Origin: Bacteroidota bacterium
GTDB taxonomy: Bacteria; Bacteroidota; Bacteroidia; Flavobacteriales_D; Crocinitomicaceae
Reading direction: 5' to 3'
DNA length: 64,000 bases
Assembly (NCBI GenBank): GCA_024280155.1
Contig: JAJRQQ010000025.1
Coordinates: 8,090-72,089 of the forward strand
Below the pieces are notes generated by a model that searched no databases, was not told where the DNA came from, and was given only the letters and a program-made list of their open reading frames with translations. The first letter of the stretch is position 1. Each line of letters opens with the position of its first letter. Positions 50,983-60,996 of the stretch are shown in pieces. Both the position numbers and the translations under genes were made by a program.

Positions 50983-52026
50983 GTGAAACAAGAAGAAATT
51001 ATAAAAGGATTCGTTCAATTGGGACAATTAATGTGTCATTTGGGAGAGAATAAAGAGTGGATAGATTTTTCAATTGGGACGACAAAAGAAGAATATGAAA
51101 GCCTTCAAATGGTAATCAATCGACAAATATCTTTCAATGGTTGGTTCTCAAAAGAGAATGTGCGAAAAAGTTTATTAGAACTAGGAAAAAGGTTGACGTT
51201 AGAAGAATTAAGTACTTGGACAGAAAATTATTCTTATTCTACATCTCCTAAGAAAGTCGCATTGATTATGGCGGGGAATATCCCGTTGGTAGGTTTTCAT
51301 GATTTTTTATGTGTACTTATTTCTGGAAATACTGCCGTTTGTAAATTGAGCTCAGATGATAAAACATTATTGCCAGCTTTAGGTAAACATTTGATTGACT
51401 TTGTTCCTGGGTTGAAAGAAAGAATTATTTTTACGGTAGGTAGAATAGGAGAGGTGGATGCTGTTATTGCAACAGGTAGTGATAATTCGTTGAAGTATTT
51501 TGAACAATATTTTGGTAAATATCCACATGTCTTTAGAAAAAACAGAACATCAGTAGCTGTTTTTGATGGAAATGAAACCGAAGAACAAATAAAAGAGTTG
51601 GGAAATGATATCTTTAGCTACTTCGGCTTAGGTTGCCGTAATGTCTCCCATTTAATTCTACCAAAAGGGTTTGAATTGAAACGTTTTTTTGAAGGCGTTT
51701 ACTCGTACAGTGATGTAATTAACCACAATAAATACGGGAACAATTATGATTATAATAAAGCGGTCTATTTGTTGAATCAACATGAACTATTGGATAATAA
51801 TTTTGTACTTCTTCGTGAATCTGAAGAGTTATTCTCTCCACTTTCTATGATTCATTACCATTTCTACGAGAATGAATCAGAAATCGACGATTACATAAAT
51901 AAGCATAAAGATCAAATTCAAGTTGTTGTAGGGAAGGAGGGATTTCCATTTGGTTCTGCACAGTGTCCAATGCTAGATGATTATGCAGATGGAGTAGATG
52001 TGATGCGTTTTTTAGAGAAAGTGTAA
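50983..52026 (+). CDS. acyl-CoA reductase (LuxC-like)
   Basis: 347 aa with MAGNIPLVGFHDFL and GLGCRNVS-type motifs. Divergent pairing with a ferredoxin is common in Flavobacteriia. GTG start as written. Confidence 0.65.
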   Translation: MKQEEIIKGFVQLGQLMCHLGENKEWIDFSIGTTKEEYESLQMVINRQISFNGWFSKENVRKSLLELGKRLTLEELSTWTENYSYSTSPKKVALIMAGNIPLVGFHDFLCVLISGNTAVCKLSSDDKTLLPALGKHLIDFVPGLKERIIFTVGRIGEVDAVIATGSDNSLKYFEQYFGKYPHVFRKNRTSVAVFDGNETEEQIKELGNDIFSYFGLGCRNVSHLILPKGFELKRFFEGVYSYSDVINHNKYGNNYDYNKAVYLLNQHELLDNNFVLLRESEELFSPLSMIHYHFYENESEIDDYINKHKDQIQVVVGKEGFPFGSAQCPMLDDYADGVDVMRFLEKV

Positions 52027-52030
52027 TTTT

Positions 52031-52936
52031 TCATTTCAAAATAATCTCTAGATATTCATACGCTTGTTGAATCTTGATGAATTTTTCTTTTGCAATCTCC
52101 TGTTGTTCTGGTGATTCATTGTGAAAACGATCAGGATGATGTATTTTTACTAATTTCCGATATGCTTTCTTAATTTCTTTCAAGGATGAAGAAGTAGAAA
52201 CACCTAATATTCTGCAATTGATACTTTTTTTTGTTTCACGAGGCTTGGACTTATAACTCGTATTTCTTGAAGAATAAGATTTACTAGAAGATGATTTAGA
52301 ACTTTTATAACTTGATGATCTCGTTTTTTGAGAAGTCTTTTTGTATTCCGTTTTCTGATAAGCTCGTTTATTTACTTTATACATTGCAATAATACTGTCA
52401 AATTCTTTTGGAGTCAATCGTATTTTTAGGGCAATATCTTCGAGTCGTTGAATTTCTAAAGCAGAGAATCTTCCGTCAATGATGCAAATTCCAGCTAAAA
52501 AATAGATGATTTGAGTTCTATCCCGATATGACCGCATGAATGCTCTTATCCAAGAAGTAATCGAATTGACCATTATTGGGCTTTTGTATGCCTCGGAAAG
52601 GGTTTCTCTGAAATTGTAATAACTTTCTGGGAAATGCTTTTTGAAATAACTGTGTATGTAGTGAAGCTTTTCTTTAGAAAAACCACTGTCGCTTTTTAAA
52701 ATCTGTGCAGACAATAAAATATAGGCTTCCAGTAAATTATTATCATTAAATGGTAGATTTTTGTTAAATTTAATTTCCTTGTTTAAATTAAGTCTAGCTT
52801 GATATAAGAAATAACCAAAACCAATAATAAAGGGAAGAAAGAATGAAAATAGAATTAATAAATTAGTAGAATCAACTTCTTGTTGGGGAGAAATACGGCT
52901 CGGAAGCTCCAGTAAATATAAAGGTATAATCTTCAT
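52031..52936 (-). CDS. second DjlA-like protein: TM + TerB-like domain + Ser/Lys linker + J domain
   Basis: TM LLILFSFFLPFIIGFGYFLY, a TerB-like core (AGICIIDGRFSALEIQRLEDIA), a low-complexity SSYKSSKSSSSKSYSS linker and J domain KKAYRKLVKIHHPDRF. Confidence 0.7.
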   Translation of the reverse strand: MKIIPLYLLELPSRISPQQEVDSTNLLILFSFFLPFIIGFGYFLYQARLNLNKEIKFNKNLPFNDNNLLEAYILLSAQILKSDSGFSKEKLHYIHSYFKKHFPESYYNFRETLSEAYKSPIMVNSITSWIRAFMRSYRDRTQIIYFLAGICIIDGRFSALEIQRLEDIALKIRLTPKEFDSIIAMYKVNKRAYQKTEYKKTSQKTRSSSYKSSKSSSSKSYSSRNTSYKSKPRETKKSINCRILGVSTSSSLKEIKKAYRKLVKIHHPDRFHNESPEQQEIAKEKFIKIQQAYEYLEIILK

Positions 52937-52950
52937 GGATTATTTTATAA

Positions 52951-53949
52951 TCAATAATTCATCAATTTATTCTTTAATAGGTCTATCTTTTTACGATAAT
53001 TCATAAAAACTCGACTTCTTTCCTTTTCAGAAGTTCCACTAATTAAAGTTGACTTACTCATAAGGTTTTTTACTGATTTATTGAAATCAGTATAGAATTT
53101 ATTACTGTTGGTTACTAAAGAATTTAAGGTCATGTTGATGAGATAAACAGATCTAGAACTCCCTGCTTTTACAAGTATAGTATCATCAATATAAAGAACA
53201 TCATTGAAATACAAGGTGTAATTAGGTCGAATAATTTTAGGTAATCTTTGTTTAGGATGAAATTTAGATGAATTCATAGCCTGATTTTCTAAATGATTTA
53301 CCAACTCAGTCATTTTATCACACAATAGAATGGCATCTTTCCAATTTTCAAAAAGCCCAGCAATACTGTAATATTCAATTTGATTCAAAGTGACATCTAT
53401 TGTGCCTGGATGAAAGATCTCTGTTGATGGAATTCGTGTGTAAATATTCCTCAACTGTCTCGAAACTTCTTTTAATTTTTCATCAGGGACTTCAAACTTA
53501 AATTTCTTTTTTTGCATGTTTTCATTGTTCAAAACAGTTTTTTGCCATACAAATGCTTTAAAAGCTGAGATTTCTGGAATTTGAAAAGTATGAAAGAAGG
53601 GAATGTTATTTGCAACAAAAATAATTTCTTTATCAGCTTGTTTTTCAATCTGCTGAATGTTTGATAATATCTTCTCTAGATAATGAACGAAGGAAAAATC
53701 CTTCTCATTAATTTCTTGGTAATGGAAATTGACAGTATTATTATTACTATTAAGAATGGAATCGATGGAAATATTAAAATGTTGTGCAATTAATTGAATC
53801 TCATTGAATGTTAATTCAGTTTCACCTCTTAATCTTCTGTAAGAACTATCATTACTTATATTCAATATCTCGGACACTTCATGTACCAATGAGGTGTTTT
53901 TATCAATTATTTCTTTGATATGAGAGAAGAGAATTTGTTGATAATCCAT
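52951..53949 (-). CDS. HTH transcriptional regulator (BetR-like N-terminus) with unknown C-terminal domain
   Basis: N-terminal VHEVSEILNISNDSSYRRLRGETELTFNEIQLIAQHF helix-turn-helix. It lies 14 nt upstream of the DjlA-like gene on the same strand. Confidence 0.55.
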   Translation of the reverse strand: MDYQQILFSHIKEIIDKNTSLVHEVSEILNISNDSSYRRLRGETELTFNEIQLIAQHFNISIDSILNSNNNTVNFHYQEINEKDFSFVHYLEKILSNIQQIEKQADKEIIFVANNIPFFHTFQIPEISAFKAFVWQKTVLNNENMQKKKFKFEVPDEKLKEVSRQLRNIYTRIPSTEIFHPGTIDVTLNQIEYYSIAGLFENWKDAILLCDKMTELVNHLENQAMNSSKFHPKQRLPKIIRPNYTLYFNDVLYIDDTILVKAGSSRSVYLINMTLNSLVTNSNKFYTDFNKSVKNLMSKSTLISGTSEKERSRVFMNYRKKIDLLKNKLMNY

Positions 53950-54347
53950 AGAAATCTATTTTTTGTAATAAGAATGTTCTTTGTTGATAAATATATATAG
54001 AATTAGTGAATGTACTACGATAAATACAAAAGTTTAGCTTTTCCTTGGTTTGTGAAAATCAAAGGAAAAAAATTTTAAACTAAAACGTACATTAGCATTT
54101 TAATCTTGGAAATACAATTATGTCTAATCTTGATTTGATATATGAAACGGCTAAATCATCAATAAGTACTACGAGTTTTTAATTAAATTTTAGCGTTAAG
54201 ATTATTACATGAACTGCTATTCAAAATAGAATTTCATTCAGCTTTTGTTATCAGATAATTAACTCTATTGAGTTATATCATTACTGTGGTAGGAGATAAT
54301 GATAAATTTTCTTGGTTTAAGAAAGGGGATAATTCAAGAATACCAGT

Positions 54348-54380
54348 AAAAAAAAAACGGACAGATAGTGCTCTGTCCGT
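54348..54380 (-). terminator. intrinsic terminator of the S46 peptidase gene
   Basis: On the minus strand, acggacag-agcactat-ctgtccgt is followed by T10. Confidence 0.85.
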
Positions 54381-54406
54381 ATTTAGTATTGAATTCTATA
54401 TAAAAT

Positions 54407-56545
54407 CTATTTCACCAATTCCATTTCATCAACTATGTGACCAGCTCCAAAACATTTATCAATCAACCATAATGTATAACGAATGTCTAACGAAATGGTA
54501 CGTTGAATATTTGGTTCGAAGTAAATATCTCCAGACATTGCTTCCCAGTTACCATCGAAAGCAGTACCGATTAAGTGACCGTCTCCATTGATAACGGGAG
54601 AACCAGAGTTTCCACCAGTGATATCATTGTTGGAAAGGAAGTTAACCGTTAAATTTCCGTTCTCGTCAGCATATTGTCCGTAATCTTTCTTCTCCCAAGT
54701 AGCTTTAATTCTTGGGTCAACAACAAATTCAGGAACCGTTGGGTCTTCTTTTTCCATTACACCATCAATCGTCGTAACGTAATCGTACTCAACAGCATCC
54801 TTTGGACTGTATGGCAATACATTTCCGTAAGTCAAACGTAAAGTTGAGTTGGCATTTGGATAAAAATTCTTTTCAGGACTCATATCTCTCAATCCAGCAA
54901 TAAAATAACGATTTGCTTTATTCAAATCATCTTTCGCTGCTTTTAATTCAGCTGTATTAGTTGCTTTTTTATATGCATCATTCATGTCTTTGATTAAAAT
55001 ATACAATGGATCTTTTTGCAAAACTTTCAAACTCGGATTTGCTTTAAAATCTTCATATTTTTCTTTATCGAAGAAGATTGATTTAGCGTGAATCTTTTTA
55101 GTGTATTTATGTTCTCCTTTTATTCCCTTTGAAGAAATTTTCAAACAAACTGGTCCTTTTTGGTCATCAGGAACATCTACTATATACATGTGAAGAACAT
55201 TGTGAATGGTAGACATTTCAATATCCATATCTGCATCCTCAAAATATTTATCAGCTACTTCTGTCACTCGAGCAAACAATGCTTCAGCTTGTTTCTCTTT
55301 ACCACTTTCTTTGGCTTGTGCCCAGAAATCGAAATAAAAAGCAGTTAAATTAGAAGATACACTATAGATAAATTCAGATTGATATACTTTAATGTTAACG
55401 GTATTGTTTGATAAATCATAATATTTCTTCATTTTACCTAAAACATCAAAAGACATTTTCTTATGCTTCAAGTAATCTGAATAATCCGATTCAATGGCTT
55501 GCTTTTTACCAATTACATCATTGTTTTTTACTTGCTCCGTTTGACCGATAAAGTATTTCCAATAATTAGCAACTTGTGTATATTTTGAAGAGTATTTTAA
55601 ACGTACAGCAACATCTTTGTCCATATACTTTTTCATAATCTTCAATTTCTTCGCTCTAATATCAACACGTTTAGGTTGCTCTAGAGTGACTGCTTGCTCA
55701 ACGCCCCAAGAACTTAAATAACGGTCAGTTGAACCAGGGAAACCCAAAATCATAGAGAAATCATCCTTTTTTACACCTTTCAAAGAAATTGGCAAGGCAT
55801 GTTTTGGTGTGTATGGTTTATTTGCTTCGTTGTAATCAGCAGGTTTATTGTCTGCTCCAGCGTAAATTCTAAACATTGAAAAATCAGCAGTATGACGTGG
55901 CCACATCCAGTTATCAGTGTCACCTCCAAATTTTCCAGCAGATTGTGGAGGTGTTCCAACAAAACGAATGTCGTTGAATCGTTCTTTTAAGAATAAGTAA
56001 AACTCATTTCCTTCGTAAAATGTCTCTACACTTGCTTTATAATTGTTTCCAGTTTCAGCATCTTTTTGTAGAATGGCAATTACTTCTTTGATTTTTGCAT
56101 TTCGCTCATCCTCTGTCATTGAATCATTCAATTCTTTGAGAACTGTTTTTGTGACATCGTCAATTCGAACAATAAATGTAGCGTGTAAACCTGGTACTGG
56201 AATTTCTTCTGCATGATTCTTTGCCCCAAAACCTTCATCTAAATAATTGTGTTCTGTTGTTGAAGCTTCAGCAATGGCATCATATCCACAATGATGATTG
56301 GTTAAAATTAATCCCTGTTTTGAGATAATCTCTCCCGTACAAAATCCGCCAAAAGAAATAATAGCATCTTTGATTGAAGAATGATTCACCGAGTAAAGTT
56401 CTTCTTGTGTCAAACGAAGTCCATGCTTTTTCATGTCTTCATAATTTCTCCCTAATAAAAATGGAAGCCACATTCCTTCATCTGCACGTGCAATTGTACC
56501 TATAAGAATGAATAAGACTACAATTGATTGTTTTATATTTTTCAT
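54407..56545 (-). CDS. S46 family peptidase (dipeptidyl-peptidase 7/11 type)
   Basis: ATG at 56545 gives a signal peptide. Motifs DEGMWLP, catalytic TNHHC and GGNSGSPV. Confidence 0.92.
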   Translation of the reverse strand: MKNIKQSIVVLFILIGTIARADEGMWLPFLLGRNYEDMKKHGLRLTQEELYSVNHSSIKDAIISFGGFCTGEIISKQGLILTNHHCGYDAIAEASTTEHNYLDEGFGAKNHAEEIPVPGLHATFIVRIDDVTKTVLKELNDSMTEDERNAKIKEVIAILQKDAETGNNYKASVETFYEGNEFYLFLKERFNDIRFVGTPPQSAGKFGGDTDNWMWPRHTADFSMFRIYAGADNKPADYNEANKPYTPKHALPISLKGVKKDDFSMILGFPGSTDRYLSSWGVEQAVTLEQPKRVDIRAKKLKIMKKYMDKDVAVRLKYSSKYTQVANYWKYFIGQTEQVKNNDVIGKKQAIESDYSDYLKHKKMSFDVLGKMKKYYDLSNNTVNIKVYQSEFIYSVSSNLTAFYFDFWAQAKESGKEKQAEALFARVTEVADKYFEDADMDIEMSTIHNVLHMYIVDVPDDQKGPVCLKISSKGIKGEHKYTKKIHAKSIFFDKEKYEDFKANPSLKVLQKDPLYILIKDMNDAYKKATNTAELKAAKDDLNKANRYFIAGLRDMSPEKNFYPNANSTLRLTYGNVLPYSPKDAVEYDYVTTIDGVMEKEDPTVPEFVVDPRIKATWEKKDYGQYADENGNLTVNFLSNNDITGGNSGSPVINGDGHLIGTAFDGNWEAMSGDIYFEPNIQRTISLDIRYTLWLIDKCFGAGHIVDEMELVK

Positions 56546-56643
56546 GATAATTATTTTGAATGACAAAAATACTCAAATATTAAAAATATATTGAGAATAA
56601 GCATTATTATTTTAAAAGTTAATCGTAATATTGCAATGTAATT

Positions 56644-56976
56644 ATGGGATTAACTAAAAAAACATTGTTTTCAGAGGATCAAAATACAATTGCTTCTATA
56701 GCAAAAGTGTTTGGACATCCTGCACGAATAGCTATCTTACAGCATTTACTTAGAGCAAATGCGTGTATTAATTCTGACTTAGTTCAAGAATTAGGTTTAG
56801 CGCAAGCTACGATAAGTCAACATTTGAAGGAATTAAAGAATGTAGGAATTATTCAAGGAACAATTGAAGGGACATCCATGAGTTATTGTATCAATCAAGA
56901 AAAATGGTTGATAGTGAGAAGTATGTTTAATGATTTGTTTGATCAGTTGCCATCTTGTGATGGAGAATGTTGTTAA
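56644..56976 (+). CDS. arsR: ArsR/SmtB family transcriptional repressor
   Basis: Winged HTH (HPARIAILQHLL...LAQATISQHLKELKNVGI) and a C-terminal Cys cluster PSCDGECC. Confidence 0.88.
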   Translation: MGLTKKTLFSEDQNTIASIAKVFGHPARIAILQHLLRANACINSDLVQELGLAQATISQHLKELKNVGIIQGTIEGTSMSYCINQEKWLIVRSMFNDLFDQLPSCDGECC

Positions 56977-56994
56977 AAAAGTAAAATTAATATT

Positions 56995-57435
56995 ATGAAA
57001 TTATCAGTATTTAAAGAAGTGTTAAAAACGAAAGAAACAATTGCTTTCGAATTACCGAATGGAGAATTGGTTCCAAGTCATTTTCATGTGACTGAAGTGG
57101 GAGAGGTTACTAAACGTTTTATCGATTGTGGCGGTACAGTTCGACAAGAGCGAGTGATTAATTTTCAATTGTGGGAAGAGAATGATTACGATCATCGATT
57201 ACACCCGAGTAAATTAGTTGATATTATTGAATTGTCCGAAAGAACATTGGATTTACCTGATGCAGAAATCGAAGTTGAATATCAAGGAGAAACAATTGGA
57301 AAGTACGGATTAGAATATGGGGGTGGTAACTTTTTGTTGACATCAAAATTAACGGACTGTCTGGCAAAAGAAAAATGTGGTATTCCTGAAGTGAAAGAAG
57401 AACCTAAGTGCGTACCAGGTGGAGGATGTTGTTAA
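56995..57435 (+). CDS. DUF6428-like ars-operon protein
   Basis: 146 aa between arsR and arsC. It has HFHVTEVG and ends CVPGGGCC. The family name is recalled from Bacteroidota ars operons. Confidence 0.55.
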   Translation: MKLSVFKEVLKTKETIAFELPNGELVPSHFHVTEVGEVTKRFIDCGGTVRQERVINFQLWEENDYDHRLHPSKLVDIIELSERTLDLPDAEIEVEYQGETIGKYGLEYGGGNFLLTSKLTDCLAKEKCGIPEVKEEPKCVPGGGCC

Positions 57436-57445
57436 TTTTTGAGAT

Positions 57446-58054
57446 ATGTTTAATAAAATAGACGCTTTTCTAAAAAGTTTGGATACAAAATCAATTTCTC
57501 CTGAAAGAAAAGTTGATTTGCACGTACTCTCACATTTTATACAAGAAAAAATCAACGAGAATGAACCCGTTTTATTGAATTTCATTTGCACACATAATTC
57601 TCGTAGAAGTCAATTTGCTCAAGTTTGGGCTAAAGTTGCCGCAGAATTTTATGGTATTGCAATGGATTCATTTTCGGGCGGAGTAGAGGTGACGGCTTGT
57701 AACGAAAGAACGATTGCTTCACTCAAACGTACAGGTTTTGAAATTTCTCACGAAGGAGAAGATAATCCGCGTTATTTTTTAAAATACAGTGATGAAAATG
57801 AAGAGATTCAACTTTTCTCTAAATTATACGACGATTTTGAGAATCCATCAGAAGATTTCGCTGCAATTATGACGTGTGAGGATGCAGATGAAAATTGTCC
57901 AGTTGTTACGGGTTGTGAAGAAAGAATTCCATTAAAGTACAATGACCCGAAAGAATACGATGATACAGATTTAGAAGAAAAAATGTACGATGAACGTTCA
58001 CAGGAAATTGCTACAGAGATGATGTATGTGTTTTCTAGAATAAAATCTAAATGA
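57446..58054 (+). CDS. arsC: low-molecular-weight phosphatase family arsenate reductase
   Basis: CX5R(S/T) P-loop FICTHNSRRSQFAQ and downstream Cys residues (TCEDADENCP). Confidence 0.8.
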   Translation: MFNKIDAFLKSLDTKSISPERKVDLHVLSHFIQEKINENEPVLLNFICTHNSRRSQFAQVWAKVAAEFYGIAMDSFSGGVEVTACNERTIASLKRTGFEISHEGEDNPRYFLKYSDENEEIQLFSKLYDDFENPSEDFAAIMTCEDADENCPVVTGCEERIPLKYNDPKEYDDTDLEEKMYDERSQEIATEMMYVFSRIKSK

Positions 58055-58791
58055 GAGAAAATACGTTAGTAAAAGAATTGACAGGAGAAGCTTTAGGAAC
58101 ATTTATCATCGTTTTCATAGGTTGTGGTACAGTCGCTTTGGAAATACTTTTTGAGTCTTTCGGTCACATTATACCCATTGCTATTCTTTGGGGAATTGCA
58201 GTTGCGTTGGCAATTTTTTCATCTAGAATGATGTCTCCTGCTCATCTCAATCCAGCAGTGACCGTTGCAATGTTTTTAAACAAAGATGTTCCTTTATATA
58301 AGGTTCCATTGTATTGGTTAGCTCAATTTACTGGGGCTTTTCTCGGTGCTGTTGCTTTGTTTCAAGTTTTCAAAAGTGCAATTTTTGACTTTGAAGACAT
58401 TCAATCAGTCAATACAGCAAAAATGTTCGGAGAGTATTATAACGTTTCCACTTCTTTTGCTTTTATATTTGAAATGATGGGGGCCCTATTTCTTGTGTTT
58501 ATGATATTCATAATTGTAACAAAAGTAAAACAGAATAACCTTATTCCAATTTTAATTGGGGCAGTAGTAACCGTAGCGATTATTATTGTTGCGCCTTATA
58601 CACAATGTGGTATCAATCCTGCTCGTGATTTAGCTCCAAGAATTTTTTCTTATTTTTCTGGTTGGGAAGAGGTCGCTTTTTCTCAATCTCCAATTTTGGT
58701 TTATGTTATTGCTCCAGTTTTAGGTGGAATCCTCGGTTTTTTGTCTTTCAAAGGTTGGAGACGTTTAGTTTCAAAACAAAATCATAAATGA
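58051..58791 (+). CDS. MIP/aquaglyceroporin family channel (AqpS-like position in ars operon)
   Basis: Two NPA boxes (HLNPAVT, GINPARD) and six TM helices. It overlaps the arsC stop by 4 nt. Confidence 0.88.
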   Translation: MRENTLVKELTGEALGTFIIVFIGCGTVALEILFESFGHIIPIAILWGIAVALAIFSSRMMSPAHLNPAVTVAMFLNKDVPLYKVPLYWLAQFTGAFLGAVALFQVFKSAIFDFEDIQSVNTAKMFGEYYNVSTSFAFIFEMMGALFLVFMIFIIVTKVKQNNLIPILIGAVVTVAIIIVAPYTQCGINPARDLAPRIFSYFSGWEEVAFSQSPILVYVIAPVLGGILGFLSFKGWRRLVSKQNHK

Positions 58792-58804
58792 TTACATTTG
58801 TTGA

Positions 58805-59209
58805 ATGGGAAAAATAATTGCCATTGATTTTGGTTTAAAAAGAACAGGAATTGCGATTTCTGATGCGTCTAAAATGTTTGCTTTTGGTCTAGAAACCGTT
58901 GCATCGGAAAAATTAATGACTTTTTTGAAAGAATTAAATCAAAAAGAGAAATTGGAAGCAATCGTTCTTGGTTTACCTAAAACCTTACGCAATGAAGATG
59001 CGCACATTACTCAGAATGTTCATTTATTGAAAGATGCACTAACCAAAGAATTTCCTTTGCTTAAAATTGATTTATTGGATGAGCGTTTTCCTTCCAAAAT
59101 GGCTTCTCAGTCCATGCATTTTTCTGGAGCAACTAAAAAACAGAAAAAAGAGAAAGGGTTGGTGGATAAGGTAAGTGCAACGATTATTCTACAAGATTAT
59201 TTAGGTTAA
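58805..59209 (+). CDS. ruvX: Holliday junction resolvase-like RuvX (YqgF)
   Basis: IIAIDFGLKRTGIAISD and C-terminal VDKVSATIILQDYL. Confidence 0.88.
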   Translation: MGKIIAIDFGLKRTGIAISDASKMFAFGLETVASEKLMTFLKELNQKEKLEAIVLGLPKTLRNEDAHITQNVHLLKDALTKEFPLLKIDLLDERFPSKMASQSMHFSGATKKQKKEKGLVDKVSATIILQDYLG

Positions 59210-59219
59210 TTTTAAAGTT

Positions 59220-60038
59220 ATGAAAATAGATTCTCCACTTATTTCTGTCGAAGAGCTTGCTCGAATCATTGACGATAAAAACACCTTTATTTTTGATGCA
59301 AGTAATGCAAATGGTAGTAAAGAGCGATATCAAAAAGAACACATTCAAGGGGCAATTCACGTAAATTTAGAAACAGAGTTGTCTGCAATTGAGAAGAATC
59401 CAAAATTTGGTGGTCGTCATCCTTTGCCTAAGCCAAACATTTTCGCAAAAGTACTTTCTAAAAAAGGTTTAAAACCTGAACATCTTGTTGTTATTTACGA
59501 CGACAATAATGGTGGGATTGCAGCTGCACGTTTTTGGTGGATGTTGAAAGCAGTCGGACATCAAAAGGTACAAGTTTTGAATGGTGGGTATGAAAAAGCG
59601 AAATCATTTAAAATTTCCATTGATGATTCTATCGTTGCGCTAAATGAAACAAATTATCCTATTTCTGATTGGAAATTGCCTATTATTGATATTGATGGAG
59701 TCGAATTGGCTTCAAAAAATGAAAATGCGCTAATTATCGATGTTAGACACCCTGAAAGATATGCAGGGAATAATGAGCCAATTGATATAAAAGCAGGTCA
59801 TATACCTTCTGCTGTTAATTTCTACTATTTTGATAACATGACAGAGGATGGTTTTTTCAAGACTCCAGATGAGTTAAAAGAGATTTACCAAAATCTAATC
59901 AAGAATAAGGAAGAAATCATCTTGCATTGCGGTTCTGGTGTAACGGCATGTCATACAATTTTGGCAATGAATTATGCAGAATTACCTTTTCCTAAGCTGT
60001 ATGTAGGTTCGTGGAGTGAGTGGAGTAGAAGGAAGTAA
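59220..60038 (+). CDS. tandem-rhodanese sulfurtransferase
   Basis: Two rhodanese modules; active-site loop HCGSGVTACH. Confidence 0.85.
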   Translation: MKIDSPLISVEELARIIDDKNTFIFDASNANGSKERYQKEHIQGAIHVNLETELSAIEKNPKFGGRHPLPKPNIFAKVLSKKGLKPEHLVVIYDDNNGGIAAARFWWMLKAVGHQKVQVLNGGYEKAKSFKISIDDSIVALNETNYPISDWKLPIIDIDGVELASKNENALIIDVRHPERYAGNNEPIDIKAGHIPSAVNFYYFDNMTEDGFFKTPDELKEIYQNLIKNKEEIILHCGSGVTACHTILAMNYAELPFPKLYVGSWSEWSRRK

Positions 60039-60039
60039 T

Positions 60040-60993
60040 TTACCTCAAAATTACCCCAACAGAAATAGGGAAGTGATCCGAGTATCCACCAAGGTATTTT
60101 CCGCCACCATATGTTCTAAATGGAACTTTTTTTCCTTTATAGGTCGTTACTAAAAAATCAAAATTATTGATTTTTCCTGATTTCTTTTTGATGTATAAAT
60201 CACCTTTTTTTGTGAATGAAGAAGTAATCATAATATGGTCTAAAACGCCCCATTCACCTCTGTAATTGTGTGTGCCTCCAAATTCTCCTGAAGTCGAAGT
60301 TATCATTGGTTTTAAATCTTCTTGGATAATTTCAGGGGCTCTATTGGTAGGATAATCGTTTAAATCACCCATAAAAATGATATTCATCTTTGGGTCAGCA
60401 TTCTCTACTGAATCTATAAATTCTTTTGCAGCATACGCAGCAACCAAACGTTTTGGTTCAGATTTTAATTGTCCGCCCCAACGACTTGGCCAGTGATTAA
60501 CCATCGCTATAAATTCTGTATTTCCTCGTTTAAATTTTGCCCAAACAATATCACGACTTGGCGAAGCAGGTTTTGGCATATCAAAACGGATGATGCCCGA
60601 AGAGATGACTGTTAAAATTGAACTATCATATATGATTGCATTGTCAATTCCTCTATGGTCTTTACTTTCATAATGAATAACACCGTATTTTTCTTTCAAA
60701 ACATCATGGTTAACAATATCTCTAACAACTGCAGCATTTTCGATTTCACAAAGACCAATAATTAATGGGTAATCCATTTCTTTGATTACTTTATTGATGT
60801 GAGTTATTTTTTCAAAGTATTTTTTAGAATTCCATTCACGTTTTCCGTTGGGTAGAAATTCATTGTCGTTGTGGTGAGGGTCGTCGATTGTATCAAACAA
60901 ATTTTCTACATTATAAAAAGCGATACTCGTTTCTTGTTGTGCATTCGAATAACTGAATAGCAATACGATAGAGAGTGATAAGATATATTTCAT
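60040..60993 (-). CDS. secreted endonuclease/exonuclease/phosphatase (EEP) family protein
   Basis: Signal peptide; motifs FYNVENLFD, GLCEIEN, GDLND and SDHFP. Confidence 0.8.
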   Translation of the reverse strand: MKYILSLSIVLLFSYSNAQQETSIAFYNVENLFDTIDDPHHNDNEFLPNGKREWNSKKYFEKITHINKVIKEMDYPLIIGLCEIENAAVVRDIVNHDVLKEKYGVIHYESKDHRGIDNAIIYDSSILTVISSGIIRFDMPKPASPSRDIVWAKFKRGNTEFIAMVNHWPSRWGGQLKSEPKRLVAAYAAKEFIDSVENADPKMNIIFMGDLNDYPTNRAPEIIQEDLKPMITSTSGEFGGTHNYRGEWGVLDHIMITSSFTKKGDLYIKKKSGKINNFDFLVTTYKGKKVPFRTYGGGKYLGGYSDHFPISVGVILR

Positions 60994-60996
60994 AAT

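Noticed and set aside
54268-54591. 107 aa plus-strand ORF
   Set aside because: It starts in the spacer, runs through the S46 peptidase terminator hairpin (54348-54380) and into the antisense of the peptidase 3' end. No motif supports it.
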